NCBI RefSeq assembly: GCF_004010195.1
Contig: NC_057718.1
Span: 9,992,872-10,056,871 of the forward strand
DNA length: 64,000 bases
Direction of reading: 5' to 3'
From: Chiloscyllium plagiosum
Taxonomy: Eukaryota
Shown: positions 39,870 through 51,308 of the stretch, piece by piece
How the letters are laid out: each line of letters opens with the position of its first letter
Numbering within the stretch: the stretch's first letter is position 1
Notes under the pieces: generated by a model
What the model saw: the letters and a program-made list of their open reading frames with translations, nothing else
The model's database searches: none
What the model was told of the DNA's origin: nothing
Program-made: the position numbers and the translations under genes

Positions 39870-40240
39870 ATCGAGGTTAGTTAGGAACAGGTGTTATCAA
39901 TTCTAGAAGGAGTGACAGAGGATTAGATAGGGTAGACAGTGAAAGTCTTTTTCCTAGAATGATGATGTCAGTTTGTACGAGGGGGCATAACCACAAATTG
40001 AGGGGTGATAGATTTAAGACAGATGTCAGAGGCAGGTTCTTTATGCAGAGAGTGGCAAGGGTGTGGAATGCCCTTCCTGCTAATGTAGTTAACTCAGCCA
40101 CATTAGGGAGATTTAAACAATCCTTAGATAAGCACATGGATAATGATGGGATAGTGTAGGGGGATAAGCTGCGAATAGTTCACAGGTCAGTGCAACATCA
40201 AGGGCCGAAGGGCCTGTTCTGCGCTGTGTTCCATGTTCTC
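39870..40240 (+). mobile_element. CR1 LINE 3' fragment
   Basis: TRGHNHKLRGDRFKTDVRGRFFMQRVARVWNALP. Confidence 0.87.
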
Positions 40241-40682
40241 CAGATACTGTTTAGAGTCTCTCACAGTGGAGCTCATCGTTGTTAGAATCGGCAGAGAAAT
40301 AAAAGTAGCTAGGCTGATTTCAATTCAAATGTTTAGCCCAGAGGTAAAATTATCCTGTGAACCCATTGAACCATACAGTTCCGGTGACACTGCGCGAAGT
40401 CCCACAAACAGCAAAGTGACAATGAGCAGATATTCAATCTGAAGTGATGTTTGTTGGGGAATAAATGTTGGCCAGGGAGAACTGGATGCATACATGAAAA
40501 AGAAGGGTTTAGAGGGGTATGGGCTGAATGCTGGCAAATGGGACTAGATTAATTTAGGATATGGGTGCCATCTTTTGGATAAAACATTAAAGTAACCATA
40601 ATCTTAATGGACGGTATGGCAGCTCTCTCCTTGGAGAGAGGTGACTGGTGGTCAGTTTAATCTGAAGATCACCACACCTCAG

Positions 40683-40950
40683 GAGAGGGGAAAGATTTAA
40701 GAGGGACACAAGGGGTAACCTTTTCACGCAGAGGGTGGTGCGTGTGTGAAATGAGCTGTCAGAGGAAATGGTGGAGGCTAGTATAATGACAACATTTAAA
40801 AAGGCATCTGTATGGGTATATGAACAGGAAGGGTTTAGAGGAATATGGGCCAAGTGCTGGCAAATGGGACTAGGTTAATTTAGGATATATGGTCAGCATG
40901 GATGAGTTGGACCAAAGGTCTGTTTCCATGCTGTACATCTCTAAGACTTT
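40683..40950 (+). mobile_element. CR1 LINE 3' fragment nested in a minus-strand tRNA-like SINE
   Basis: ttttcacgcagagggtggtgcg...ctgtacatctcta, flanked by SINE halves at about 40600-40683 and 40950-41195. Confidence 0.75.
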
Positions 40951-41143
40951 GAGGTTGAGAAGGAGAGTCACCCATGGTAACCTCAGCTGGTGCAGGACCA
41001 TGTTGCTAGGTTAATTTAGGATATCTGGTCAGCATGGATGAGTTGGACCAAAGGTCTGTTTCCATGCTGTACATCTCTAAGACTTTATGAGGTTGAGAAG
41101 GAGAGTCACTCATGGTAACCTCAGCTGGTGCAGGACCATGTTG
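40870..41143 (+). repeat. Tandem duplication of about 136 bp
   Basis: 40870-41005 and 41006-41143 differ by about 2 substitutions and a 2-nt indel. Confidence 0.93.
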
Positions 41144-43493
41144 TTGCTATCACATTGCATTATAAACCAGCCATCCAGCCAACTGAACTAACTGACCCCT
41201 CCCTGAATGAGGTATTAAACAGGAGCCCCATTTCTGCTTTCTGCTCAACTTGTCTCATCCCATGTCACTATTTGAAGAAAGGTGGTGAAGCTCTGTTGGA
41301 GCCCTGGCCAATACATTATCCTTCAACCAGCGCCATCACATTGCTGTTGGTGGGAACTCACTGTGTGTAAATTGGTTGTCACATTAGAACAGCCACTGCA
41401 CTTCCAAAAAAAGTACTTCATTGGATATAAAGGGCTTTGGAATCTACTGAGGTCGAACAAAAGAGAAGTACGGGACAGGAGCAGGCCCTTCGGCCCTCCA
41501 AGCCTATGCCGATCATGTTCAGAAACGCAAGGTTTCTTTCCTTTCCACCTATGACAGCACCCAGCTAATTGGTTTAACATCTTGCACTGTGCCTGTGACA
41601 GTGCAGCACTCTCTCAGTGCTGCTCTAAAATGACCGCCTTAAGCCTGTGCAAGCATTATTTAAAACGGGTTGGTACATGAGCCATTCTCAGTGCATTTAG
41701 CCAGTTCCAGGGGTGAGTTGTTTCATACTGAGCAAACGTTTTGGAGGGGGAGGCTGTCCTCCATTCTGAGCACCATTGTCGGGTCAAAATGCCCTTCTGG
41801 ATTTGAGTGTATAACAAAAGAAGTACTGAGAGAGTGTGAGAAGTACTGTTTCTGCTGGATTTTAAAAGCCTTTCTGTTATTTCTTTTGATGGACCTCAAG
41901 GGCAATTCTGACCGAATCAGTTTATAAAGAGTCCCGGATTAGCCGTGGCTTCAAGTTTACACAGATGTCTGCTTTGAAATACAACAGCAAATGAAAGATT
42001 TCAGTGGCCTCTGTGATCTATGAGATATGATAAACCGCTTTATATCAAAATATTTTATCATCATCATTCTCAATATAACACATGGCAGTAAATTAGAATA
42101 CAGAGAGTTGCATTTATATAGCACCTATCACAACCTCAGGACATCCCAACATGTTTTACAGTCAATGTAATAAAGTGTAATTGCTATTGAGTTGTGGAAA
42201 ATGCACTATTTTGCAGTCTTCCATGTGAAATGTCAAATCTGAGTCCCCATGTGCCCCCTCAGGTCGCTATAGAAGATGCCATATCACTGTTTTGAAAAAG
42301 GGAAGGGGCATTTACCTCAAATTATTATCTATTCCCCTCAACAAAGAAAAGGTCAATCTTATTGCTGTCATACTGCATGCATGCTGGGTGCAATGTTTAA
42401 CAACTTACATTTCTAAACCACTTGCGGAGGTTCAAAGTGCTACATAAATGCAGGTGTTGTTTTTCTCACCCTGATGATGCTCAGTTCTAAGAGGCATTTT
42501 TAATACAGAGGACATGACCTCCATCTCTAACCTGCTGATCCAACCCAAAATCCACACGTCCCACTGGGTCCTGGGATGCCAATCAAAAGCAAGCATCTCT
42601 TTATTCCCCTCCTACCTATCCCAGAGGTACTGAGGCTTAATGCAAATCTGCAGGTCAGTGGTTGTGCTGAGACCAGTGAACTTGGGGCAGGTGGGATCTA
42701 ATGGGAACAGGGTATGCGTTTACCTTTCTCTTTGCCCACCTTTGTGTTGTCTCCGCCGCAGTAATTCAGGGAGCAGCGTTCATTATTTTAGATACTTCAA
42801 AATCAACTCATTAGAGTGTGTTATAACACAGCACTGGGACAGGTGGGACTTGAACCCAGGTCTTTTGGCCCAGAGGTAGGGACATTATCACAGCACCATC
42901 TGCGTGTATAGCTTGAAGGTGAAACTTTTGCCATCATCCTAAGTGGAAGTCCCACCTTCACAAATGCTGGGCAGTACTGAACAGGGTTTCGAGGGATATG
43001 GGCCAAAAGCTGGCAAATGAGACTAGATTAATTTAGGATATCTGGTCGACATAGACAAGTTGGACTGAAGGGTCTGTTTCCGTGCCGTACTCCTCTATGA
43101 CTCCACAGTGCCAGGTAGGGGGCAGTGAACACTGCTGGGGCCACAGGCACATATCCAATGAAAAGGAGGTAAATTGAGGGTTGGGGTGAGGGTTCTGGGG
43201 GCTACTTTGAGAGAGTTTGGATGAAGTGAAAGAGAGGGAATCTGACCTTCGGGTGGGGGAGGTCCATCTGGTCAGCCTGGGAAAATGGCAAAGGAAGCCT
43301 AAACCTGGTCCGTGTCACTTCAGCTAACATGAGCTGGAGCTGACAGGCGTCACGCATGCCCCCACCCCCAGGCTTTGGGTAAAATGCCAGCAAATGGGGT
43401 TTATGCCCTTAACGAGCCATTTATCGCTGTCAATAGGTCCAAGACAGGATGGGTCACCAATGACCCACACCCCATTTTGCCACAAGCCGGGGT

Positions 43494-43770
43494 TATTAGA
43501 TTCCCTACAGTGTGGAAACAGGCCATTTGGCCCAACCAGTCCACACCGACCCTCAGAAGAGTAACCCATCCAGACCCATTTCCCTCGGACTAATGCACCT
43601 AACACAATGGGCAGTTTAGCACGGCCCATTCACCTGACCTGCACATCTTTGGGGATTGGGAGGAAATCCATGCAGAATGTGCAAACTCCACACAGACAGT
43701 CACCCAAGGCTGGAATCGAACCCAAGGCGCTCGTGCTGTGAGACAGCATTGCTAACCACTGTGCCGCCCC
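43494..43770 (-). mobile_element. HE1-type SINE
   Basis: Reverse complement of the consensus. Confidence 0.87.
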
Positions 43771-45099
43771 AAATGGGTGGCTGGGAAAGATTTTGTATGA
43801 CCTTCCCCCGACCCTCGCCAAACGCCATCTTCAAGGCCACCGGGGGGTGGTGTGGTGTAACATCCCCACCCCCGGCATCATTGCCATGACAGTTCCCAGC
43901 AGTGGATAAACAATGAGAGTCTTCAAACTGATGTGACATCAAAAAGCTTATGTGGAGCACACTATGCGACTCTCGGACTGTGCTCACGGGTTTAACAGGT
44001 GGCTAGGCATCAGGTGCTTTCTCCATTTCCCTCAGTATTAACACCTCCACCTCCCCCACCCTCCACCACTCCCCGATCACTCTTTCTCATTCCTTCCATC
44101 ACTGAATTATTGTGATGAATGGGGAGTCTGTACTGTGAGAAAGTAGTTTTTAACATCAGGCTGGTGCTGGGAAAAAAAATTGCACAAAGGCTTGTTCAGC
44201 ACTGAACCCTGGTTCGTAGTGACCTGCAACCTTCTTTTTCACTGGTTAATGAACTACAACTAACTAACCTTTTCAAATCTGCAATATTTCTGATAGAAAG
44301 GGTTGGGTAGGTGGGATAGAATGACTCCGAGACTGAAATGCAGTTGAGGGGTTCAGATTGTTTCCTGGATAATGGATAATGGGGTGTGTGCTACAGACTG
44401 GAATCTAATCAAGAGGTTCAGATGGATTATATGTAGAATAGTGGACCCCTGGGAGTGAGTTATAAGCTGGAATGTGTGTCAGTAGCTGCTGTAAAGGGCA
44501 GAGGCCATAGGCATGACTAGAGACCATCAGGGTCTATTGATCAGGAAGAGTGATTAAGATGAGAAAACCTTTCTGTTTTAATTGGAAAGGAAATGAGGAA
44601 AGTGCAGGTCCCACAGAATCAGCAACGGAACTGCAGTCTTCACACTAGTCTGAATAGCTGATCTGCCCCCCTCCCTTGCTTTGCTTCCTGTATAATTCCA
44701 GCCTTATCTTCAGGTATGCATCGGTTTGTAGATGTATTTTGGGATATTTCAATCAACTGTTGAGTCAGACCTGGAAAACTTGCTGCAGCTTTGTAAACTG
44801 CTGCTTTAAGAAAAGGTGAAACGTTACCTTTTATAAAAAAAAATGCAAAGTGTTCTACGCAAAAGTGGCAAATATGAAAATCGATATGTCATGTCGGATT
44901 GGATTGACTTTATCGCAGATTTCAGTTTCAACGAAGGCATCACCTTGGCTACGATTGCCACCACTGCCTCCACAGAGTTGGAAATGAGAGCCCAGCAAAG
45001 GGAGCACAAAGCAGTTGGAGCTGATAATTTGTGGGGGGAGTGGAAAGAAATACAGACTGCGTTAGCAATTCCACAGAGGTTCCTTTGTAAAGATCCAGC

Positions 45100-45880
45100 T
45101 ATTGACTGCTGTGAGGAGGGGGAAGGGTGGATTTGGGATGGGGAGGGGGAGTTTGGAGAGGCCAACCAAACAATGACCCCCCTCGCTGACAGGAATGAAT
45201 CAGATTGGCTTTGAGTTCACTTGATGTGTGCAGAAGGTTGGAGGGGATGGTGGGGGGGGGGGAGTATCTTTGTTAAACTATTTCCTAGCAACCTAAGGAT
45301 GGGGGGAGGAGCGTGGCAGGGGTGGTGGGAGGACGGGAGTGGTGGGTGGGAAGGAGTTCTTGCTCCTATCAGTGTCAGTGTTGAGACGCAGAGGACTAAA
45401 GAGCAGGTGGACTTAAAGAGAACATCACATTACAATCCTCGACTTGCGCTTCAATTTCTGAGACACAAAATTGAGCTTCTGAGAGGACACTTGAGCAGGA
45501 AACCCATGTTTGCAGCATCTCCTGTGACGTTTTGATGGTCTAAATGGAAGGGATAATATTTCATGGCTGAGCTTAATTCATTCGAGAAGGGGAGAGAGAG
45601 AGAGAGTGGATCTAAACCTAAGCTTCTTGGGTTACAAGCCTGCTTTTCTTTGTAAAAGAAAGCAAATTACTCCCTACTTCCTCCTCCCTGCCACTGTGAA
45701 ACAAAACCATCACATATTAAGTGAATGACTGCAAACAAACGATTTGGCAGAGAAAAACTAAAAGGGATTCCTCTTTCTTCCCCTGAGTTTGGGTCTGAGG
45801 AAGGAGACAGACTCACCCCCCTGTGCCTTGCTACAATGCTGGAAAGACTTTGAAAGGCAAGAGAATTAGTTGGAAAAGAC
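45100..45880 (+). promoter_or_regulatory. Putative promoter/5'UTR of the MVVF exon
   Basis: Repeat-free, with G-tract/GGGAGG clusters at 45115-45350 and a (GA)n tract near 45590, directly upstream of the first coding exon. Confidence 0.4.
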
Positions 45881-45938
45881 ATGGTGGTGTTTATAAACAG
45901 AAAGTTGGAATCCTTCATTCAGCTCTTCAAGAAAAAGG
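45881..45938 (+). CDS. NHSL1: NHSL1 alternative first coding exon (MVVFINRKLESFIQLFKKK + G), phase 1
   Basis: gacATGG Kozak, 19 codons + 1 nt, then strong donor AAGG|gtgagt. Splices in frame to exon 2 giving ...FKKKAVSNLDEE.... Resembles the recalled MVVFINAKIKSLIKLFKKK N-terminus of a mammalian NHSL1 isoform and the MVVFVGRRL...LFKKK start of KIAA1522. Confidence 0.82.
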
Positions 45939-46389
45939 GTGAGTGCAGTATTGTGTGGTGCTGGTGTTGTGTGGCTGTGTTAAAGGGGCTGGGATTGAAG
46001 GAATTTCTGCTGTTGCTCAGGGACGCGGCTGAAATTTCCTTCATTATTCCACTACTCGCAGACTTAGAGGGCTTATGGAGCTCCTACTGAGGTTGGGAAG
46101 GATTCTTTCTTTTGAATGGGTAAACCTGGAAGCTGCAGGGCAATGGAATGGAAGGGTGAGGAGTTCTGTAGTTTCAAGGGGCAAGAACCCACTGAAGATG
46201 TTGGTGCACAGTAGCTATTCAACTATTAAAGGCAGCATTCTGTAAGGCGCCCAGGAATGGGCTAGAAATGCTGGCTTCGATTTTGCAGAAGCCAAATCCC
46301 AAAAATTAAATTTTAATAAACACTTTAACCTATGTCTATTTTACAGCCCTGAACCAGACCCTTCAGTCCAACTCGTCCGTGCTAACCAT

Positions 46390-46699
46390 GGGCGGCACGG
46401 TGGCAGAGTGGTTAGCACTGCTGCCTCACAGCGCCAGAGACCCGGGTTCAATTCCTGCCTCAGGCGACTGACTGTGTGGAGTTTGCACATTCTCCCCGTG
46501 TCTGCGTGGGTTTCCTCCGGGGGCTCCGGTTTCCTCCCACAGTCCAAAGATGTGCAGGTCAGGTGAATTGGCCATGCTAAATTGCCCGTAGTGTTAGGTA
46601 AGGGGTAGATGTAGGGGTATGGGTGGGTTGCGCTTCGGCGGGGCAGTGTGGACTTGTTGGGCCGAAGGGCCTGTTTCCACACTAAGTAATCTAATCTAA
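46390..46699 (+). mobile_element. HE1-type tRNA-derived SINE, full length
   Basis: ggcggcacggtggcagagtggttagcactgctgcctcacagcgccagagacccgggttcaattcc (A/B boxes), central domain, CR1-like tail and (TAATC)n. Confidence 0.9.
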
Positions 46700-47095
46700 A
46701 AAAAACCAGATATACTTAATTAATCTAGTCCTATTTGCCAGCACTTGGCCAATATCCCTCCAAATCCTTCCTGTTCATATACCCATCCAGATGCCCTTTT
46801 AAATGTAATTGTACCAGCCTCCACCACTTCCTCTGGTAGCTCATTCCATACACACACCACCCTCTGTGTGAAAGAGTGGCCTCTTAGGTCTCTTTTAAAT
46901 CTTTCCCCTCTCACCCTAAACCTATGCCCTGTAGCTTTGGACTCACGTACCCTAGGGAAAAGACCTTGTCTATTTATCTCTATCTATGCTCCTCATGATT
47001 TTATAAACTTCTGTAAGGTCACCCCTCAAACTCCAACGCTCCAGGGAAAATAGCCCCAGCCTATTCAGCCTCTCCCTGTAGCTCAAACCCTCCAA
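46700..47095 (-). mobile_element. CR1 LINE 3' fragment, tail interrupted by the HE1 SINE at 46390
   Basis: [45 protein letters not shown]. Confidence 0.87.
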
Positions 47096-47667
47096 TTTCT
47101 GCCATTGACAAGCACTTGATATACCATATAACCGGATAACTAAAGCTGTATGGTTCACGCCCTGAACCTTTGTTCTCTGTGTGTCCATAGCAACTGCTGT
47201 GGCCCAACAGATCACACTGGTCACTCCCCTGAAAGTAAATGTTGAAAAAAGTTTTGTCTTCGAACAGGAGATGGTGAGTTCAGTCTGAATGGGGATGGAG
47301 GATAATGTGTCAGACAATGCCTTTAGAGGTTACTTGAGTTCCTGGTTTCAACAGCGATAGCAACTTTAGTGGAAGGGGTTAAGAATGAGATACTACAGAT
47401 TGAAATCAAGAAGCAAATGATTTAGAAGAGAGAGAGCAGGAAAAGTTCCAAAACTAAGTGCTGTGGTATGGGACTTGCACCCAGTGCTATAGGTTCAAGG
47501 CAGACATCATGTCAACAATAGAGGACGGAAGAAAGACATGGGGGTGAAAATCTATGGGATCAGGGTAAACAAACAACACTTCAGATGCTTGCTTTAGAAA
47601 ATATAAACACTAACAGGGACCTGCTGGTCGAATGGCCTCCTTCTATGTTGCATGTTATGTTAAGCAT

Positions 47668-48000
47668 AGCACAGTAGCTCAGTGTTGCCTGAGCACCGCT
47701 ACCTCACAGCACCAGGAACCCTGGCCTTGGACCACTGTATGGAGTTTGTACATTCACCCTGTGTCTGTTTGAGTTTCCTCCCACACTCCAACAATGTGCA
47801 GGTTAGGGTGGATGGGCCATGCTAAATTGCCCATAGTGTCCAGGGATTTGCAAGCTAGATGGACTAGCCACTGGAATTAGAGTTATGGGGATAGGGTGTG
47901 GGGTGGGATTGCGGGGAGCAGATCTGGGTGGGTTACTCTTCGGAGGGTCAGTGTGGACTCAAAAGGCTGAGTGGCCTGTTTCCACATTATGGGATTCCAT
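47668..48000 (+). mobile_element. Older HE1-type SINE
   Basis: Degenerate A box, ggagtttgtacattc, ccatgctaaattgccc and tail. Confidence 0.75.
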
Positions 48001-48114
48001 GATTGAGTCATCTTCTGTATATGGAAGCTGCTATGCATAAAAATGCACTTTCAGAAACAGGCCATTTGGTCCATTGTATCAGTACTGATACTTTGAAAAA
48101 GCTATCCAGTTATA

Positions 48115-48430
48115 GTCATACAGACCCTTCATCTGTGCCATCCAGACATCCCAGCTGACCTCGTCCCATTTGCCAGCATTTGACCCATATCCCTCTAAAT
48201 CCTTATCCCTCCCTACTCATATACCCATCCAAATGCCTTTTAAATGTTGTAATTGTACCAGCCTCCACCACTTCCTCTGACAGCTCATTCCATACACGCA
48301 CCATCCTCTGCATGAAAAAGTTGCCTCTCGGGTACCTTTTAAATCTTTCCCCTCTCACCCTAAACCTATGCCCTCTTGTTTTGGACTCCCCCAGCCTGGG
48401 AAAAGACCTTGTCTACTCACCCTATCCATC
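48115..48430 (-). mobile_element. CR1 LINE 3' fragment
   Basis: Same 3' end motifs (ccagcctccaccacttcctctg...ctcattccatac). Confidence 0.82.
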
Positions 48431-49814
48431 GACTTGTCCCAATTCACTCACCCTGTCCCCATAAAAAAAGCAAGTATAAAACTCCTTACACACCCACCAG
48501 ACATCTCAATGTGATTTGCAGCCAATGAAATGCCTATTGAAGTGTAGTCACAATTGTAATGAAGGAAATATAGCAGCCAGCATTCCCTCAGTACTACCTC
48601 AATACAGCATTGGAATGTCTGCCTGGACATTGTTGCTGCTTCTGTTCAGTCACTGCATTCAGAACCACCCCAGAGAGTCTCAAGGGAGAGAGCTTTACAA
48701 TGAGGACATGGGGACTGACATCTGTTGTGCGCTCCTGGGCACGGGGCGTTGCGAGCACGAGGGTAAGAGACCTTGAAAAATGCGTTGTTACTGGAGCTGT
48801 CTGTCTGCTTTTAAGAAGTGCACTTGAAAAGCAGTTGTCAGTTTCCAAAGGTTTACCCCAGAGCTGTATTGGATTTCCTTCAGCAGGAATAAAAGCTGGA
48901 ACAGCGATCAGTGTAGAGTTTGCAATTATCAGCAAGCCCTTCCAACTCAGTGACTGAGAGGCTGTGAAATTGAATGGGTCTTGGTTCCTTTGCAGTGTCA
49001 CGTTTTAACCCTTTTTAACACTTTGTCTGCTTGTATGCTGAAGTCCATATTTAAAGACGGGATTGATGGCAGTACCAGGGATTCAGGTTCCTGGGAGAGA
49101 TCTTTGTGGCACCTTCCTTTTGTTTCACTTCTGTATTGTGCCCATGCTTTGCAATCCTGTAATTTAATATGCTGTATACGACAAAGAACTGACCCTCGGC
49201 AGGATTTGCACAATGCAGGTACTCTAAGAACTGTGTCAGCGTAGTTTACCCAGCTCAGTGAAATATGGTAAGCACTGTAACCCAGTGCTATATATACAGT
49301 ACAGTATTTACTGTAAGCAGATTTATACACACCCTGATTTATACAGCGAGACTGAACCACCAGGCAGTGGGGTGGGAGGTTTTCTCCCTATCTCTCACAC
49401 TTGAGGGGTAAGTCAAAGATTGTTGTGCAGCAGCAGAATCTCCTCCAGTTATTTTCCAAACCCCTCAACAATGTTACCCACCCTGAAATGTCTTGCAAGC
49501 CCAGCTGTTGGGACACATTCTGGGGATGCAGTGAGCTTTAGCCTCTGTCAGCTAGTCACCCAAGGCTGAATAAGTCCTGGAGGGCATTCCAGTTATGCAG
49601 CTCAGCTCAGCCCAGTTCAGTATATGTGAAGTATGTGTCATTTTCTGCTCTTCAGATCCTGAACATACTCAGTCCTCCTTGGGTTTGATTCCGAAGGATG
49701 ACTGGTTTCTTTTTGACCTGGGATGATGCAGCAGATCCCATTTGTGGCAACACAAGAGGGTGTAACCTTCTACACACCAGCAGCTGAACAATGCCTATCT
49801 GCAGGCAATTATAA

Positions 49815-50380
49815 AACCATAAGATGTAGGAGCAGAATTAGGCCATCGGCCCATCAAGCTTGTTCTGCCGTTTGATTATGGCTGATATGTTTCTCAACCC
49901 CATCCTCCGGCCTTCACCTCCTAACCCTTGTTCCCCTAACTCATCAAGAACCTCTCTCGATCTCTCTCTGTCTTAAATACACTCAATGACTTGGCCTCTA
50001 CAGCTTTCTGTGGCAATGAGTTCCATAGATCCCCCCAGCCTCTAGCTGAAGAATTTCCTCCTCTACCCAGTTCCTTCACTCTGGGGCTAGTCCTAGTCTC
50101 TTCAACTTGTGGAAACATCTTCTCCATGTCCAATCTATCCAAGCCTCTCAGTAATCTGTACGCTTCAATCAGATCCCTTTCATCCTTCTAAACTCCACTG
50201 AGTACAGACCCATATTCCACAACCGCTCCTCCTATGACAAGCACTTCATCCCCTGGATCATCCTTACGAACCACCTCTAAACCCCTCTAACAACAGCCCA
50301 TCCATCCTTAGATACAGAGCCCAAGACTGTTCACAATGCTCTAAATGTGGTCTGATCAGAGTCTTGTACAGCCTCAGCAA
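49815..50380 (-). mobile_element. CR1 LINE 3' fragment
   Basis: LWNSLPQKAVEAKSLSVFKTE on the minus strand; aaccataaga tail. Confidence 0.82.
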
Positions 50381-50778
50381 TTATTGAATCAAAGAATGGT
50401 TGCAGTGTGGAAGCGAACTGTTTGGCCGATTCTCTCCATGTGGCCCTTCTTCCAGTGTGAAAAGTGGCATCATGGGTTTGTACATGGAGAGGGGCAGAAA
50501 GGCCTGCTTTTTAGTTAATGTCTCATTTGAAACCTGACACAGTGCAGCATACTGTCTGTATTGCAGCGGGAGTGACAGTTGGAGTATTTGTACTAAAGTC
50601 CTGGAGTGAGACTTGAACCCACAGTCTGTGACTCGGAAACAAGAATAGTGACCACTGAATCAAAGCTGACATTATAAAACAGGGTAACTTCAGTCGATTC
50701 CCACCACCCCACCCCCAACCCAGTCACCTCCAAACACACAATATTTCAGCAAGTTGTAAGTGCTATCATATAGTTGAG

Positions 50779-50997
50779 ATTCGCACAACACCAGGTTATA
50801 GTCCAACAGGTTTAATTTGAAGCACTAGCTTTCAGAACACTGCTCCTTCATCAGGTGGTTGTGGAGTACACAACCACCTGATGAAGGAGCAGTGCTCCGA
50901 AAGCTAGTGCTTCCAATTAAACCTGTTGGACTACAACCTGGTGTTGTGTGATTTTTAACTTTGTACACCCCAGTCCAACACCGGCATCTCCAAATCA
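50779..50997. mobile_element. Palindromic Penelope-terminus mini-element (AGCT family)
   Basis: About 80-bp arms around a 5-nt loop (gagta, 50864-50868); only a degenerate TSD. Confidence 0.85.
50875..50909 (+). ncRNA. Minimal hammerhead ribozyme motif (intact)
   Basis: CAC-CTGATGA-A-GGAGC-AGT-GCTCC-GAAA-G-CTA-GTG: stem I CAC/GTG, perfect 5-bp stem II, palindromic AGCT stem III, CUA triplet. Confidence 0.75.
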
Positions 50998-51089
50998 TCC
51001 TGTAGTTCAGTGGTCTTACATCCATTTTTTCCATTAAGGCATTTCTTAAAATCTATATCAGTGATCAGGTGTGGTTCCTGTTCTCAGGT

Positions 51090-51308
51090 AGGAGAAAGTG
51101 AGGACTGCAGATGCTGGAGATCAGAGCTGAAAAATGTGTTGCTGGAAAAACGCAGCAGGTCAGGCAGCATCCAAGGAGCAGGAGAATCGACGTTTCGGGC
51201 GTAAGCACTTCTTCAGGAATCCTGAAGGACTTATGCCCGAAACGTCGATTCTCCTGCTCCTTGGATGCTGCCTGACCTGCTGCGCTTTTCCAGCAACACA
51301 TTTTTCAA
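51090..51308. mobile_element. Palindromic Penelope-terminus mini-element (ACGT family)
   Basis: Arms nearly identical to the terminus at 62951-63045; perfect 14-bp TSD tcctgttctcaggt at 51076-51089 and 51309-51322. Confidence 0.88.

Noticed and set aside
43108..43127. CTCF-like motif ccaggtagggggcagtg
   Set aside because: Imperfect single match next to a repeat; not supportable from sequence alone.
44843..45214. 123-aa ORF MQSVLRKSGKY... as another first exon
   Set aside because: No convincing phase-1 donor and no recognisable homology; probably promoter-region sequence of the MVVF exon.
46390..46470. tRNA genes suggested by A/B boxes
   Set aside because: These are SINE heads continuing into SINE body and tail; no complete cloverleaf or terminator.
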